In this document: in pieces, positions 38,771 to 54,300 of the stretch
Layout of the letters: each line of letters starts with the position of its first letter
Position numbering within the stretch: the first letter of the stretch is position 1
Assembly (NCBI GenBank): GCA_900617105.1
Contig: UYFQ01000509.1
Span: 62,001-126,000, forward strand
DNA from: Hydrurus foetidus
Taxonomy: Eukaryota
Direction: 5' to 3'
DNA length: 64,000 nt
Translations under genes and position numbers: made by a program
The notes under the pieces: model-generated
What the model saw: the letters and a program-made list of their open reading frames with translations, nothing else
Databases searched by the model: none
What the model was told of the DNA's origin: nothing

Positions 38771-39702
38771 TTATCTTTTTCGACTTATGGTGGCAGTATT
38801 TCTTTTCCGTTGAATTAAAGCGTCCGCATCAGCGCCAGAATTTGAAAGTCGAGCACTGACGAGAGAGTTTTCCTGGCTGATTAAAATGTCTGAGGTTGAT
38901 ACTAAATACTTCATCCGAAACGGATTTATATCTGAAGAATAAAGGAGGAGATCAATAAAAGTTAGGAGCGTAAAGGTTTGATGAAGTCAAGAAAGCAATA
39001 TTTGACTTACCTAAGTCGGCAAGAGAGAGAAGGTCGCAAACCTCTAGTGTATAGAAGTCGGAAAATGAGAAGTTAATAGTAGTCGTCAGCAATTGTTCTT
39101 ACCACAGAGCAAAGGGCAAGAATAACATATGGATCTACTGCAGATTAAATACCAGCAAGAAATTCAAAATTAAGTAGTATTGAGCAGCAACTACCTGTGG
39201 AATTTTCAATAGCTTGTGAGAGTAGTGTAGCTGAGGATTTCACGATCCCGCATATCTGCACTTCCACTTCGATCACAAGGCTACCATCCTGTATAAAGCT
39301 GCTGGCATCATTCGCAATACTAGATGACAGTACAAACTCATCAGTGCCCCACGTGTCATCACCACCACCGTCAGGATCGAACATAACAGACTCCTCCGGA
39401 TCAGTGAAGGTGATGTCTCTAGATTCAAGTTCATTTTTGATTGTGAATGAATAGCTTGCGGTAACACTTCTCTCCGACAAATTTGTTATGTGTATAGAAG
39501 CGAAATCAGTGTGGAAATCGGAGCCCTTGAAGGTAACCAGCCAATCTATTTCACACAACGAACATTCAGCAGTAATATCAAGTCCACATCTATCTTTCCG
39601 GGAATTCCATTCTGTGATCACAAAGATAAACTTGTCGGATATGATATCCTCGTCAATGTCCTTTTTGGCCTTCAACGGTCTTCTCAGCAAATTGGAGGAC
39701 AT
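38771..39702 (-). CDS. MATH/TRAF-domain-like protein
   Basis: The segment WLVTFKG..FASIHITN..SYSFTIKN..TWGTDEFV..FIQDGSLVIEVEVQI matches the MATH strand pattern. Two further small exons are inferred at about 39043-39011 and 38931-38771. Confidence 0.62.
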
Positions 39703-42155
39703 TGCGAACTTATTTGAAAGTGCTGAAGAGTTCGAGTTGTTCGTTGTTCCTTCGTGAGTTGAGGAGAGAGTAGCCGTTACGCGTTACGCCCCCACCGTAA
39801 ACCGTAAACCACCTTTTCTATGGATACTCTGTACTCCGTATTCCATATTCAACTAGTAGTATGTTGGGGGTTTAGGGTTCCTTTGTGTCATGATGTCCGA
39901 TGTCAACAACACAACACAACAGTGAAGAGGATTGATTTCACATCCAGCAAATCAAATCTGTTACACACGGCAATTGTAGCAATAACTTTTTGTGGAAGGG
40001 CACTCGCGATTCATCTCTGCTGCTCCAGCATTTCCGCGGATCCGGCCATCGGAACCCTGCCTCCTGTGGGCTCATTTTCTTGTCATCTGCTTTTTTCATC
40101 TTACTCTGAACCTCCCAGATCGGACACGGTGTTGATGGAAATCATGAATCGAGAGGTAAGGTGTATGGAAAACCTGTTAAAGATCGTCTTGAAATAAATT
40201 GTCTGACGAAAATCATACGCGAATAATTCTCACGCAGCCGCCGTTGAAACGAAAGTTAGCTATAAATGCAGTGAAGACCTACTTTCCGTCACTGGAGCTG
40301 CTTACGTGTCCTTCAAATAAGAAGAAGGCCGCGATATACGCGGTGAAAATTTTATTGCACGAGAAGTTCTAGTGATTTCCATTCACATCTATCCTGGTCA
40401 AGTTGAGAGAAATGGAGCATTCTGGATCTTACGTCACTAAGTGGGCTCTTCGCACTCTCTTATGTATAACAGCTTCAACATTTATCCTCAGTCGTTAAAG
40501 AAAACAACCTCTGTCGTTGCTTGTTACTCCTGGGCACGTGCAGCGTGCACTAAAAGTGCTGAGCTATGTCTCTCATCTATCGCAATGTTGTCTACGCATC
40601 AATATCATAATATTCGTGGACAAAAAGCTTTTACATCCACGCATCTGGATTGCCGAATGCTCTTACGGGGATAGCATGCATTCTGTTTCATTCCGGTCAT
40701 TGATAAATGCGATATCGCTGACCATCCTAAATTTCAAGAACCATCTTTGAAATACGAAGTAGTTCCATCTATCTGCAAACGTTAGACCATCAAACACGCG
40801 CTTTATGATGCTGCATTTATTTACATCAGAAGATGTCATATGTCTAAATTCTGCAAAAAATATCTGCAAGAAAGTTACGATTATAATTCTTTGAATTTTT
40901 GTATGTATACCTCGAATCAAATTAAACTGATACCACAATTTTCACATCATAAATCTAGATCACGCTCAACCAAATTTTAATTCAAATTACATCAATTTTT
41001 CTATTGATGTGATCGATGAACTTTTGAGCTGGGTTCGATACCTCTACTTTTAAAATGCGATACACGACCTTTTCACGACCATTGTAGCGGGACAGGATCT
41101 CCATTTGAACAAGCAAATCATTTGTGAAAGTCGGATAATTCTTTCAAATCTTACTCTTGCCAAGTCAAATCAAAGCAGTGGCCAGATTACAATTATTCCT
41201 GAATTATATAGCTACTTGAATACCTACGATCACTTCAATGATCATTCTGTCATGCAAGTCTCGATTTTTACAGCTGAAATTCGCGAAATAAGGCTGATCA
41301 CTCCTAACGGAATTTTCATGCGTTGAGTTATATCACATGCTGCATCACTGTAATGATCCATTTATTCTGTCTGCTAGTGTTATTCACTGCACTAAAAAAG
41401 TACTTCAATTTCATAAGCTAGATTTTCTGTTGTGCAGCACAGCTGGAGCAGCGAGTTTGCGGTAGATCATTTCTGCTGCGGTTTCTTGAACACCGATGGA
41501 TAATCCCTCATGCTCCAAATATGCAGCATATGTCATATACAAGAGATTCCACAAAAGAACTCACTGCGTGGATTTTCCGGATAAGAATAATCGGTAAAAT
41601 GCCGTACCGTAGCATACTCATTTTAGTTTGACTAATCATTAATTAATGCCATACATGTATTTGAGAACGATTCAAGTGGAGCTGAATAGATCGCAATGAA
41701 CGTAAGCACTTCAGCTACACTGCAGTGAGTGCATATTAACTTTGAAATCTTTTCGAAAAAGTTACAGTGAGCTGAAGATAGTTCGAAAACTCTTTCATGC
41801 ATTTATTTTCAAAACCGTTCGACGAATTACATGCAGGACTTCCCGAAGATTTTCGCATCGTTATCTGTTGTTGGACAGGACACTCCTATTTTGATGGAAA
41901 AGTTGTGAAATTAGATGGTTCAATCATTTTCATGGGATTGTGCCCTTTCGTTTTACGTAATGGATAATGGATGCTCCACTTTCCACTTATTCTCTGTGAT
42001 ATTCACCATTTAATCTCATCGAGAAGCTCTGATCCGTGCATCATTCTACGCTTTAAGAAAGTGTTTGGAACAGCTGTAGGGTCTCGAAGTTTTACACAGC
42101 GGAGACAAGGGACTCCGCTTTCCGCGAGAATTATTTGTAGCGAGTTATTAGAACA

Positions 42156-45100
42156 ATGGCAGGTCGGGGCTATCGAAACACGACTCAGTACGGGGGTCCT
42201 AACGACAATAAGACTGACGTCCGCTTTGGCGGGGGCTACGATCAGCAGCAGCAGGAGTCACAGCAGCCGCAGCAGCAGCAAATGCGTGGGCTCTCAAATG
42301 TAAGACCACCCGAAATGGTTACCACTAAAAACTGTCTATCGGACATTGCATGACTTTTTAGAACACGTCATAAGTCACCTATTGCGATGGCAGAGAGAGC
42401 TATATACAAAATTCTGGACGTTGCATAAATCACAGCTGATTTGCATATTTGTCGAATTGTATAAAGGATAGATTGCCATGTAATGTTATGATGGAAGCAT
42501 ACTTGTAACTGCATCTCTCACAAAATTGAACTCCTATCTTACATCACTCGCAGCAGCAGCAACAACAGCAGGGAGGGCCTGCGAATAGTGCTGATCAAAT
42601 GGAGTGGGAGCGTTTCTTTTCCCAGTCCCAACCATCCACCTCAACTTTGAACAATCCGAGTAACTATGAATCCACTCGTAATGCAAATACCAACAACTCT
42701 AATCTCGGCGCCATTGGGGCTGGTAGACAGAACATTCCGGCTGGTGGACCGCATGTTGGTGGATCAGGGAGCGGAAGAATGGGTCCGAATTATTCTGTGA
42801 ATGCATCTTTCCCTCAAGCGCAGAGACAAGTTGAAGTCCAAGGTCCAATCAATACCAGCAATACTCTGCCTCGTGACATATTTGTAAATCCCCTCCCCAC
42901 TACCTATGGTGGTGTGGAGAGAGCAAATCAACTGCTTAGATCGTTGCATGAACAACCCCAAGACACGTCAGACAACACCTATTATCCTTCCTCACAGCAA
43001 CAGTCACAGCAACCACTAGCACAGCAAAGGGCAGTATATGACCCCGTCAGTCCGACTATCATACCCTCAAGGGTGCAAAGTATTCCCAATCAGAATATAG
43101 CGGGTGTCAATGGAGGTAGTTATTCACGGGGTAACGGCTACGATCAACGCTCAGGACAGGGACTAGGACTGGGACTGGCCCAAACAGGCCCTGCTGTTTC
43201 TTCTACGAGTAGACCGGATGATTCCATGATAGGATATCAAAAACCGTCCACATACACTGGACAAAGTCAGGGACAGGGACAAGGGTTGGGACAAAGTATT
43301 CCTATGGATCAGATTCCGTACAGAGGTCCAGGAATCGGTTCAGATTTGAATGTCCAGTCTCAATCACAATCACAAACATATCAAGGCCAAGGATCTGTGC
43401 AGAACACACATAGCAATCAGCAAGTCCCATACAGACAGCAGCAAGGACAAGGGCAAGCACCTAGCAGCATTGGTCAGCAAGGTGGCTATCGAGGTGTCGA
43501 CAATCAGTCCAACCAAGGGTCTGTTGGATCGGTACAAGACGTCAGAGGAGGAGGAGGTGGAGGTGGTGTTGATACGATGTACAATAGCAACAACCTGCAG
43601 CACCAGCAGCAAGGGCTACAAGGAAGATCTACTGGGGGACAGATCCAGGGCCCGGGTTTTGGGGCCCAGAATAGTCCCACTTTAGGGCCGGGACAGGGAC
43701 CAAGTCAGGGACAGGGTCAAGGGCAGTGGCAGTCACAAGCAGCTATGGGGAGAACAAATGCTGCCTCACAGGGGTCATCTCTCATCAATAATGATCGCGA
43801 CTATCCCCAGGCAGCCTATCAGACCCCTTCCGCTTCTGTGCATGCGTACGCCCCAAGTGGACAGGCTCAACAGAGGTATACGGGTGTCCAGGTACCTCCA
43901 GGAGGTGTGGTTGTTGGAGATGTTCGATACAAAGCACCAGCAGATGTGAGGGATGTAAGAGATGTGAGGGATGTAAGAGACGTGAGGGATGTAAGAGACG
44001 TGAGGGATGTAAGAGACGTGAGGGATGTAAGAGACGTGAGGGACCAATTTCAGTCAGGACAGGGACAGGGAGGGCAGGGTCAGGGTCAGGGAATGTACGC
44101 ACCTATTAAGACCTCAGTGACGCCTCAATATCAACACCAACAACCTCCTCATCAACTGCAACAATCACAGCAACAGTCACAAACTCAATATTCCCAGCAA
44201 CTTAATTCCCAAAGCCCAGGACAGATCGGGAATATTCCACAGAACATTCCGCAGAACACTTCCCAGCAATATCAGGCCCAGCGTTCTCGTGATGTACCGT
44301 ATACAGCTCCACTCAATCAGACGTCATCAATTACTCAGAATCAGAATCTAGGTCAGGGTCCACAAATCCAAAATCAGAATCAAAACCAAAACCAAAATCA
44401 GAATTTAAACCAAAATCAGAATTTAAACCAAAATCAGAATCAGGGGTCGAACCAATATCAGACGCAGTACGTTGCACCCCAGCAGATCGCCCAGAGACCC
44501 ACACAGTCCCGCTTCAATTTACCCCAAGGGCCCCAGTCGATGCTGTCCCCCCTATCTTCTGACTCGAACTCGAACATCCTACCCCCTCAAGGGAGGTTTG
44601 GACAACAAGGTTTGTGCGTATTTTAACTTGTAATTGTAGTACGTGTTTTTATTGTCACATAGCACATAGCAGTCAGTCGTTGGATACAGTATTACGTGGG
44701 TCATGCGTGTCAGGTCAATTGAGTTCTCCACGTCCATTATCGTTTCTTCCGATCTCAGCTGAAGGTGTACGTACGTGCATCGTGTCCGTTCTGCGTACTG
44801 TACGTGCATCTCATCTGTCACAGCGGACCATCAACTGAACAGCCTCTCGACCACGACAGTGTCCAATCTGCTACGACAACTAGCTGCATCTCATGCGATC
44901 GGACAAACTTAAAATTTGAGTCATTCGTAGTTTGGGAGTCTAGTTGAGTATACACCCTTGAAAAGCATCTTAAAAGAGCAAAGAGTAGTGAAGAAAAAAA
45001 GTCACATCAAAAGTGAGACATACCCCGCGTCCTGTCTGAGCATCTGAGTGAACTGTGAAACGATCATATCTCGGTCCATTCGTTGGTTCCTACAGCTTTG

Positions 45101-48100
45101 CACCACAGTGAGAGTATCACTCCTGCTCGACACTGCACTATGTTAGAGGACTCCGCTCCATGACCGCAGTGACGTCACTTCTGCATCTGCGTCTTATCTT
45201 ATGACGCTGCATCTATTCTGTGGATCCAAGAGACAATACAGCACAGTAGAACGGACCACCGTTTTATTGCTCAATTCACTCAGAAATGAAATGAAATGAA
45301 ATCGAACAAACTCGGCTTTCCCACACAGCACAGCACAGCACAGCGCGTCTGCAAGACAGACCTCTTAAAGAGAAGCCTAACCCACATTACATCGACACCA
45401 ATTCTCCACTATACACTCCATGCTCTACCCCTCATGTTCCCCTCACACACACGCACACGCCCAACCCTTAAAATTGACCCCATTCCAATTGACCTTATCA
45501 CAGCAAACCAAAGTCAGCAGCAGTATGTGGCTCCAATCCAAAATCAAGTCCAACTGCAGCCCGCACGTAAAGACCAGCAGACTTCCCAGGGAAATAATTC
45601 AAATCAAAATCAAAATGTGTCAAGCAGACCTGTACCGTATGGCTCCGGTGGAAGAAACAACCCGAGTAACAGTAACAACAACAACAACAACAACACTTCC
45701 TATCCTGCTACACGTAACAATCAAAGCAATAGTAACAACAGCAATAGCAGCAACAATAACTCCTCGTATAATTCTAGAGACAGTCAGAACAGATCACGTA
45801 GCCGTTCTCGCAGTCCACCTAGGGGGAGAGACAGCAGACAGGGGTCGGGGTCAGGGTCCAATTTTAGACGAAGCAGGCTAGTTGATGTTGAAGTTGTTGT
45901 AATGTAGATGAGCGACGCCAATGAAAGGCATGTGTGTGGTGCTGTTAACAGACAGAATGACGTCAGCGAGGCCTTCTCTTCGTCATCACGGCCTCAACCC
46001 TCTCTCCTGCACACCGCACACAACACAATGCAGCCCTTAAAAGGGCCATATCCCACCCCTTCCATTTGAATCCGATCGTATCAGAAGTGAAGTGCCCTCT
46101 GAGGACACGGCATCTCAGCTCAGAATGTCACTCGTTAGAGGAGCTGTGTGTTAGAATATATGGAAGCAGCTTACAATGCACTTTAGTACCAATGACGGTG
46201 GCTATTGTTTAGCTGAGACAAAGCATAGATAATGCATGTGTCAATACGTTTTTCGTACCTAGCCATCAATACTGTGCCCAACTACCCGTCAAAGTCAGCA
46301 CACAGACTAGACCAGACTGAACCGTTATCATCACTGCTACTAGGGTATCATCAGACACTGCACACCAACGAACAAATCCGTTTCTAACATCAACAGATCC
46401 TTCATTATCTTTCACAGATCGGATTCGCGCCCATCAAGAAACAACAACAACAACTCCAACAACAACAAGGACTCACGTACCAGCGGCACGAAGAGACAGG
46501 CTTCACGATCTCCCCCGAGGGTCTCTAAGCAGCACACTGTGTCTAGTGCACCTGCCATTAGGAAGGTGGAGTATAGCACGATGTCTTCTGGCTATCTCTC
46601 TGACGTGTTCAACTCTCCAAGCATCAGCAGGTACTTACTGATTGACTTACTAACTGACTGACTGACACACTGACTGACTAAATGATTGACTGACACACTA
46701 ACCGACACACTTACTCGCTGGCTGACTGAGTGATTGACTGACTGACTGACTGACACACTAACCGACACATTTACTCACCCGCTAACTGACTGACTGACTG
46801 ACTGACACACTAACCGACACACTTACTCGCTGGCTGACTGAGTGATTGACTGACTGACTGACTGACTGACTGACACACTGACTGACTGACTGACTGACTG
46901 ACTGACTGACTGACTGACTGACTGACTGACTGACTGACTGACTGACTGACTGACTGACTGACTGACACACTAACCGACACACTTACTAACTGACTGACTG
47001 ACTGACTGACACTGACTGACTGACTGACTGACTGACTGACTGACTGACTGACACACTAACCGACTGACTGACTAACTGACTGACTGACTGACTGACTGAC
47101 TGACTGACTGACTGACTGACTGACTGACTGACTGACTGACTGACTGACTGACTGACTGACTGACTGACTGACTGACTGACTGACTGACTGACTGACTGAC
47201 TGACTGACACACTGACTGACTGACTGACTGACTGACTGACTGACACACTAACCGACACACTTACTCACCCACTGACTGACTGACTGACTGACTGATTCTC
47301 ATCTAAGCACCAGTTGATAACTCATCACTTCACCGCCAGATGCGCCTCTAAGCAGGTTTCCAGTAATACTAAATATGATCGCGCTCTATCAGCATATCAT
47401 ACCTCCTTACCATCTCTCTATCGCATTATTATGCGAATATTATCTTCATTTAATATTCTTGCTCCTTCCTTGTAAATATTTTCTTCTCTTTCCTATCACT
47501 ATACTGCACCTCCACTGACCACCTCTTCTCTCCATTACATCTTTTCAGTCACACGTACGTACTTACAACCCCTGATTTGTACAGCCGATTTCCGAAACTG
47601 TACGTTCCGGTGGATTTCGTACGTCTCAATGTACGTAACATTCCTCCCTTTCAATGCCCGCGAAATTTCTGCTACTCTATGTGTCAAATTTTAAATTTGA
47701 TTGTAGTGGATCAGACTGGATTATTTCAAAGTAGGTGGTATTGGAAGGAATTGGATTGGATTGGATACTTTTAATTGACGCGGCTACAGATATGGAACTA
47801 CCTCCTATTTTGTCCTTGGATGGCCTCCTCTTCTCATTACTTCCCTACACTTCTCCACCATCAGAACACTCTCTGTTTACCTCAGCCCCCCATCTTCTCA
47901 TCTATCGCCCATCTCACTCTTTTTCTTTTTTTCTTCTCAGATGGATTGGTCTGCCATTTGTCAGTCCTTAAGGGCAGATGTGATGCGAAACCTTGAAGTA
48001 ACCGGTAGGTCTTATAATTCTACATGTGTTGACTTTTATTAATCCGCACAAACGTAAACATGAAACATGTAGATATGAATCGACTGAATTAAGATGTACG

Positions 48101-51100
48101 CACGTATTGGCCTTACTCCATTATCATTTAAATCTGTACGAGATTTTCATCGCCTATCAGCGAAAAAAACATATCACCCTTTTGACCCACCTTTTTCTCC
48201 TCTCCTCTCTCCCTATTCTCTTTTCTCACGTACGTACGTACTTGTTCCTCCCAGTACCCAATATGCTCGAGAGGGATCCCTTGAAACTACCCCGTACACC
48301 ACACAGTGACGCGTCAACTGCAGAAACCATCTCCGACTCAGTCGTAGCTGCCGAGAGTAAAGGGGAGGACGGAACCGTCACTGGGCTCGGGGCAGATTCC
48401 ACCCAAGATCCCACCCCCTTGGTGGTCCAAATACCGATGGTAAATATCGATAAATCAAATATCATGAAATTGGAGCAAATCTGGATGGTAATAGTTCGCG
48501 ATCCTAACCCTGACCCCCTCCCTAACACAATTCGCTCCACTTTAATCTCATTTAAAAAATCATTCAATTTTATCTCGATACTTACATTTCTTCCAGATAC
48601 CGACCGCCGCAACCGGCCCATCAGATTCCACCCAAGATCTTACCCCCTATGCGTTTGAAGACCCCAGGGTGACGTACTTGACCCCACCCCATTTAGAGGG
48701 GTTTGGGGTGCATCACTCCATTGCACCGAAACCGATCAAGTTCAATGTGAGTTAATGTTTATTATATTATGTTATACTTTGAGGGTGTAATGCGACAAGA
48801 GAATTACATGTGTAACATTATTCATTTGTTTGACATAATACTTTAAATGATGTGATCCTTTTGATAGAGTATTAAAGACACAACACGAAACATCTCATCA
48901 ACCAAATAATCCGTACAACCCTCAATATACCCAACATATGTTACTCTTTTGTAATCTTGTACACGTAGGCGCGGGTGTTAGTGACGTTTGGATTGAAAGA
49001 CGATGAAACGGAAAAAATAGACCATTTTTTCACTAAGAAGCTTAGGTACATACATGAACACACACATGTATATACTTTGTCCTACATCCGTATGCGCACG
49101 CATTTATTCGAACACACACGTATTCTCATTCATCCCCCCCACACACACACACGCACGCACACACACTTTCTCACACACTCTTACACTCACTCTCTCTCAC
49201 ACACTCTCACACGCACACTCCCTTACTCACACAGAGTGCTCATAGGGAGGCGCAAGAAGGCCATCATGCTGTTAGGAGGGAGTTGGTGCGAAGAGCTGGA
49301 TGGAGGGGACCCACTTCAAGTACGTCTCTGTTAGGATGTTCACATACGTCACTCTTTACTTCGCAGCATGTGACTGACTGATCACCACCCCTATTCAATC
49401 TTAAATCTACCCTTTCTATCCTATTTGACTGCCACTCCTACCTACTCCATCACACGGACTGTGGACTTGCTGATTCCATCAGCATCAACTTTTAAACCGA
49501 CATCAATTCAAATCATTCTATAAACTCAACACCACTCAACTATCAAATCGCACCCATTCTCTCCACTCCACTATCACATAACCCAATCACTCATCCCCTA
49601 TCACATTATCCTTATCCTATCCTCAATTATCACACCATACCCATTCTCTCCACTCCACTTATCTCTCGTATCACATCACACTGATGAACTCTAACTCCCC
49701 TATCCCCTCCCTTCTCCCCTTTCCTATCCTCTCTGTCACCCCTTCATCATATCAATATAACCGTCACTTTACCCCACAGGATTCAATTACATCCCACTTC
49801 ACCATGCAAGCTCAGGCCTCATAGAATCCAAAAACTTCAGCACTTAACCCGACTCATCTCATCCTCTCAACTCCCCCATCACATCACATCACATCGCTTC
49901 CTTTAACCCTGTAGGATCGAGGATGTCTTCTCAACACTGCCAGAAGAGCACTGCTGTCCCAGTCTCTCTTAGATCTATTCGGTGGAGCAGGTAACTGACT
50001 TGAAATCACCTTGTGCAGTATAATTGTGAAATTAGGTGTCTATTTTAACACGGTAAAAAATAAGTGGTTATTAGACGAGCAATATATAGAGTCACTGATT
50101 GCTTTAAAGTATTGCTTCACCGGTTTTTGATTCTTGTAGGATACCAATCTCATATTACCAAAATGGGCGAAATGAGCTATCAGAGGCCCCAAGAAGAAAT
50201 AGACGGAAAAGCATTCCCAGAACAGGTGATTATTTCAAGGTCGTATAAGATAGTATGTATGGTAATTGGAGTTATGATCTGAACACGATCGAATGAGAAG
50301 AAATTAAATTGATGTAGATTAGATGTGCTTGGTTCCTTATTTAATGCTGCTCTTTTTATATCTCTCATTTTTCTTTTTTATGTGATTGTGTCCATTCTAT
50401 AATTTCGTTTGTTTTATCTGTCCAACTTCCTTACTTGCCTAATTTCTTCTACACCTTCCTCCTTCTCTCCTCTCGTGGTCTCTCATCTTCTTCCAGTTCC
50501 AACCCTCAATTTATTACCGTTCTGTTCTTCTTCCTACACCATTCTTCCATCCTCACTTCCTGTGGGGGTACTTACGTCACCTGATACAGTGTACATAATA
50601 TCGAATAACGATGATAGTGATATGTTTTCCGATTAATTCATGATCAGCATCATCAATGCATCATATTTGAGTATGCTAACATGACTATACGACACAGGCA
50701 ACGTGTTCTAACATCATGCTACAGTGCTTATCAGTCGCTTTTACAGACTTGCAATGTTCAGATTATATTTAATTTGACCTGTGAGGCATAATAGCGCTAT
50801 TAAATGTTGTATTTGATAAAGCAGAACAATCATGATATTAGTGATAACAATAACAATAGCAATTATAAAAATAAAATGCTTCTCTAATTATCACTTTTCT
50901 GCCACATTCAGGCTTCTAATCGCACGTGTACTTATGTTTCTCATTTTCTTACAGGAGGATATCACCGCAATTTACTTGTGTGTGCTCCAGCCTGCCCCAC
51001 ACACATCGTACGTTACACCGTACATACAATAATTCATTCTAGAGTTCGCTATTGTCACTGTGTGTATGTTAACACATTGCGCCTGTCTTCTTCTCTGATG

Positions 51101-51262
51101 ATCAATTTCTAGAAGCGAAGAATAATTGTTATTTCTTTCTATCTAGACTTCACCATTTAATTTGTTTCTCATTTGCTTTCTTCACAACTTCGTTTGCACA
51201 TCTATATCTTTCTTTCTTTCTTTCTCTCTCTCTTTCTTTCTTTCTCTCTCTCTCTCTTTCTT

Positions 51263-51353
<91 letters not shown>

Positions 51354-54300
51354 CTCTTTCTCCCTCCTTGCCTTCACGCTACATTAGCTGATTCTCTCCT
51401 CTTCTCTCCTAAAACGAAAATCGGTACATAATCCTTGCAGAGAAAATGACTGCAAGGATTTTGAAATGAAGTGGGAAACATTTGTAGCGAGAGCCAACGG
51501 TATCAATCCAGGTACGTATGTACACTGAATTTGACACTCTCAACAATATCTCATAATTTCTTAGTTTATTTCAATTTTCTGTCTCATACGATTTTTTTAC
51601 TATTTTGGATTACTCCTCTACCGAAATATACGTATATTGATAATCTTGCTCATATTTGAATGATCATTTGACGTGATTTCACTACATTTAGAATTGTTTG
51701 ATACTGTGTAAATTACGCTACTCGTCACTATGCATATTCTCAATCTTGACTGATAGACTTTTTATTTACAGTGCTTACATACGCTCTGCAATCAGCAATC
51801 ACTGCATACCGCATTTACAATTTGTACGCCTGTTAAATACTGCATCATATGTATTCTAATCTTATCATATCATGCAAGTACAAATTACTTCACTTTTTGT
51901 ATTTATGATGTGCAAATAATCTCGTCTATTGAAATGCAGTTGGATACTTAATTTTATTATTTCATCGGAACACACTGCTAAACACAATATATATCAGAAA
52001 ATAATCCGTACTAAAAACTAAAAATAAAATGAATTGCTTAAAGTGAGTATGACACTACCTGTTCGCTCTGTAGGTCCCACACTAAATGTCACCCATGAAG
52101 CAGCAATGGAGGCGTGTCGTAACGTACATCAGCTGTCGAACGGTAATTCTGCGTTCATATATTTTTGTTTTTTTGTTGACACTTTATTTCTGAATTCACA
52201 TTTCCAGTCAAAGAATCAATCGACAAAAAAAGGAATGGGCATTACTAAAAAAAGAACATCAAATACTCATTAAAATTCACACATTACTTGACACCAGCAA
52301 CAACAGATGAATCCATAGAAATGACCGGAAATGAATCGATCAAAGACAGTGAGGGCGAAGAAGTAGTGCAATGGATGGTATCGAGAAAGGAGAAGGAGAA
52401 CGAAGAGGTGCATACCACAGATGCAACACTCTCAACAGTTGATGAAACAACAGCCATCAAAACTACTGATGTACCAGCTATTACCACGGAAGCGAAGACC
52501 ATTCCGACTGAATCACCATCTAAAGTGGTTACTGTTGTCCTGCCCGTACGTGTCAAGCCGGCCACCCCTGCCGTGCTGCTTTGTCCCATGGTGAGAATGC
52601 TTCGTTGAATGTGTTGTATTATATTGAATAGTTGTGTAGTGTAGTGTAGTGTACAGTAGTGTAGTGTAGTGTAGTGTAGTGTAGTGTAGTGTGTATTGTG
52701 ATCAGACTGTCCTACGGTAAGATTGATATGCTGATAGCAGAGTAGTGTATTGTACTCCGACAAATTGTGTTAAGATGTGATGTTTTGTAAGGTCTTCATC
52801 GTTATCTTCTCTTTACAAGCACCGCCCATGCCCTCCCCCTTTGCTTATCCCCTTATCCTCCTTGATACGTCCTCTCCTCAACTCCCTTCCCGAACATTCT
52901 GTCACCTCTAACATATCCCCAACCTCCTCTCCTTCCTCCCTCTCCTCCTAACTGCCCTGCACTCCCCACCCTACCCCCACTGCATTTCCCTTATTCCTCT
53001 CTCTCCATCCTGCCTCCTCTCTCTCCCCTCATTCCTCTCCTCATTCTCTCCTCCTCCCTCCTCATTCTTTCTCCCCTTGTTTCCCCTTATTCTCATTCCT
53101 CCCCTCTTTCTCCCCACCCAGCCTGTGCCTGCAGAAGTCGAGGACAACTCAGCGAGAGCACAGGAGGTACGTACCGACTTTGCGTCCAATTCTCTGTCTA
53201 ATGTACTCGCAAATATGTGTTACGCCTTGAGTGGACTGTAACGTACGAGGTGTAATTTCATGCTGTACGTCTTGATAACATGAACCATGCTGTATTGCAC
53301 TGAACTGTAATGCAATGTACGCTTTGCTGTGTAATCTATTGCCTATCTCTGTACTCCGGTGTGCCGTACTACAGTATACTGTGCTCTACTGTACTGCATT
53401 CTTTACACATGTTACGTTCCTTCCTTCCTTCCTTCTTTCCTTCTTTCCTCCATCCTCCTTCCTTCCTTCCTTCCTTACTTCCTTCCTTCTTCCTTCCTTC
53501 CTTCCTTTTTTGCTTCCTCTTTTTCTACAAACCTATTTCTACCTCACCCTATTTCTCTTCTATCATTCCTTCCCTCCCTTCTTCACCCATTCCCATCTCA
53601 CTCTCACCCCCTTTTTCCTTCTCCCACACTATGTACAGGCTACCTCCCTGCGCATGCTTCCTCTCAGCTCTCTCCTGAGCTATTCCCAGGACGACAGCAA
53701 CGAGAGAATATTCGAGGCCTCCATCGCAGCAGAAATGCTCAAGAGTGTCATCAGGTATTTTTAATGCACCCAAATAAGAGGACTTGAAAAATAAAATAAA
53801 CTGCATTTCAAATTGGGTCAGGAATCCCCCTTCCCCCTCCCCACCCCCCAAATCCAAATTCAACAGATAAATCCACTTCATTTTCTACGCTTCATCTCTG
53901 GTGTACGTGAAATTTACTTTATTGATCCTATTATATTCTTTTTTATAACACCGAATTACCTCATTTTAACCCTATTTTCCCTTGTTAACATTCATTTTCT
54001 CTCTCAGTGTGGCTTATGCAGGAGTTATTTCGGACTTTTTAATGTCCGAACACCCCACACTGCGACCTGTCGTAGACTGCAGGTGACAGAAACGAAATCT
54101 TTCAATCAGATAATGCAGCACCATTGCTATTATTAAATAGCCATCTTTATTTTCTCCATCTTTTCGTGTGTTTCTTACATTTTTCTTCTCAATGTTAATT
54201 TCTTCGTTACGTTCTTTTCTTTTACATTCTCATCTTACTCTTGATTTTTTTAGTTGCTCATTATTATCTCTGTTTTTTTGATTTTTCAGTTGTACATTCT

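Noticed and set aside
39800..42100. Short ORFs in the MATH-CCAR1 intergenic region
   Set aside because: They are short and overlapping, and I recognise no domain or transposon signature.
46782..47260. (SQSV)n ORFs
   Set aside because: These are translations of the GACT microsatellite.
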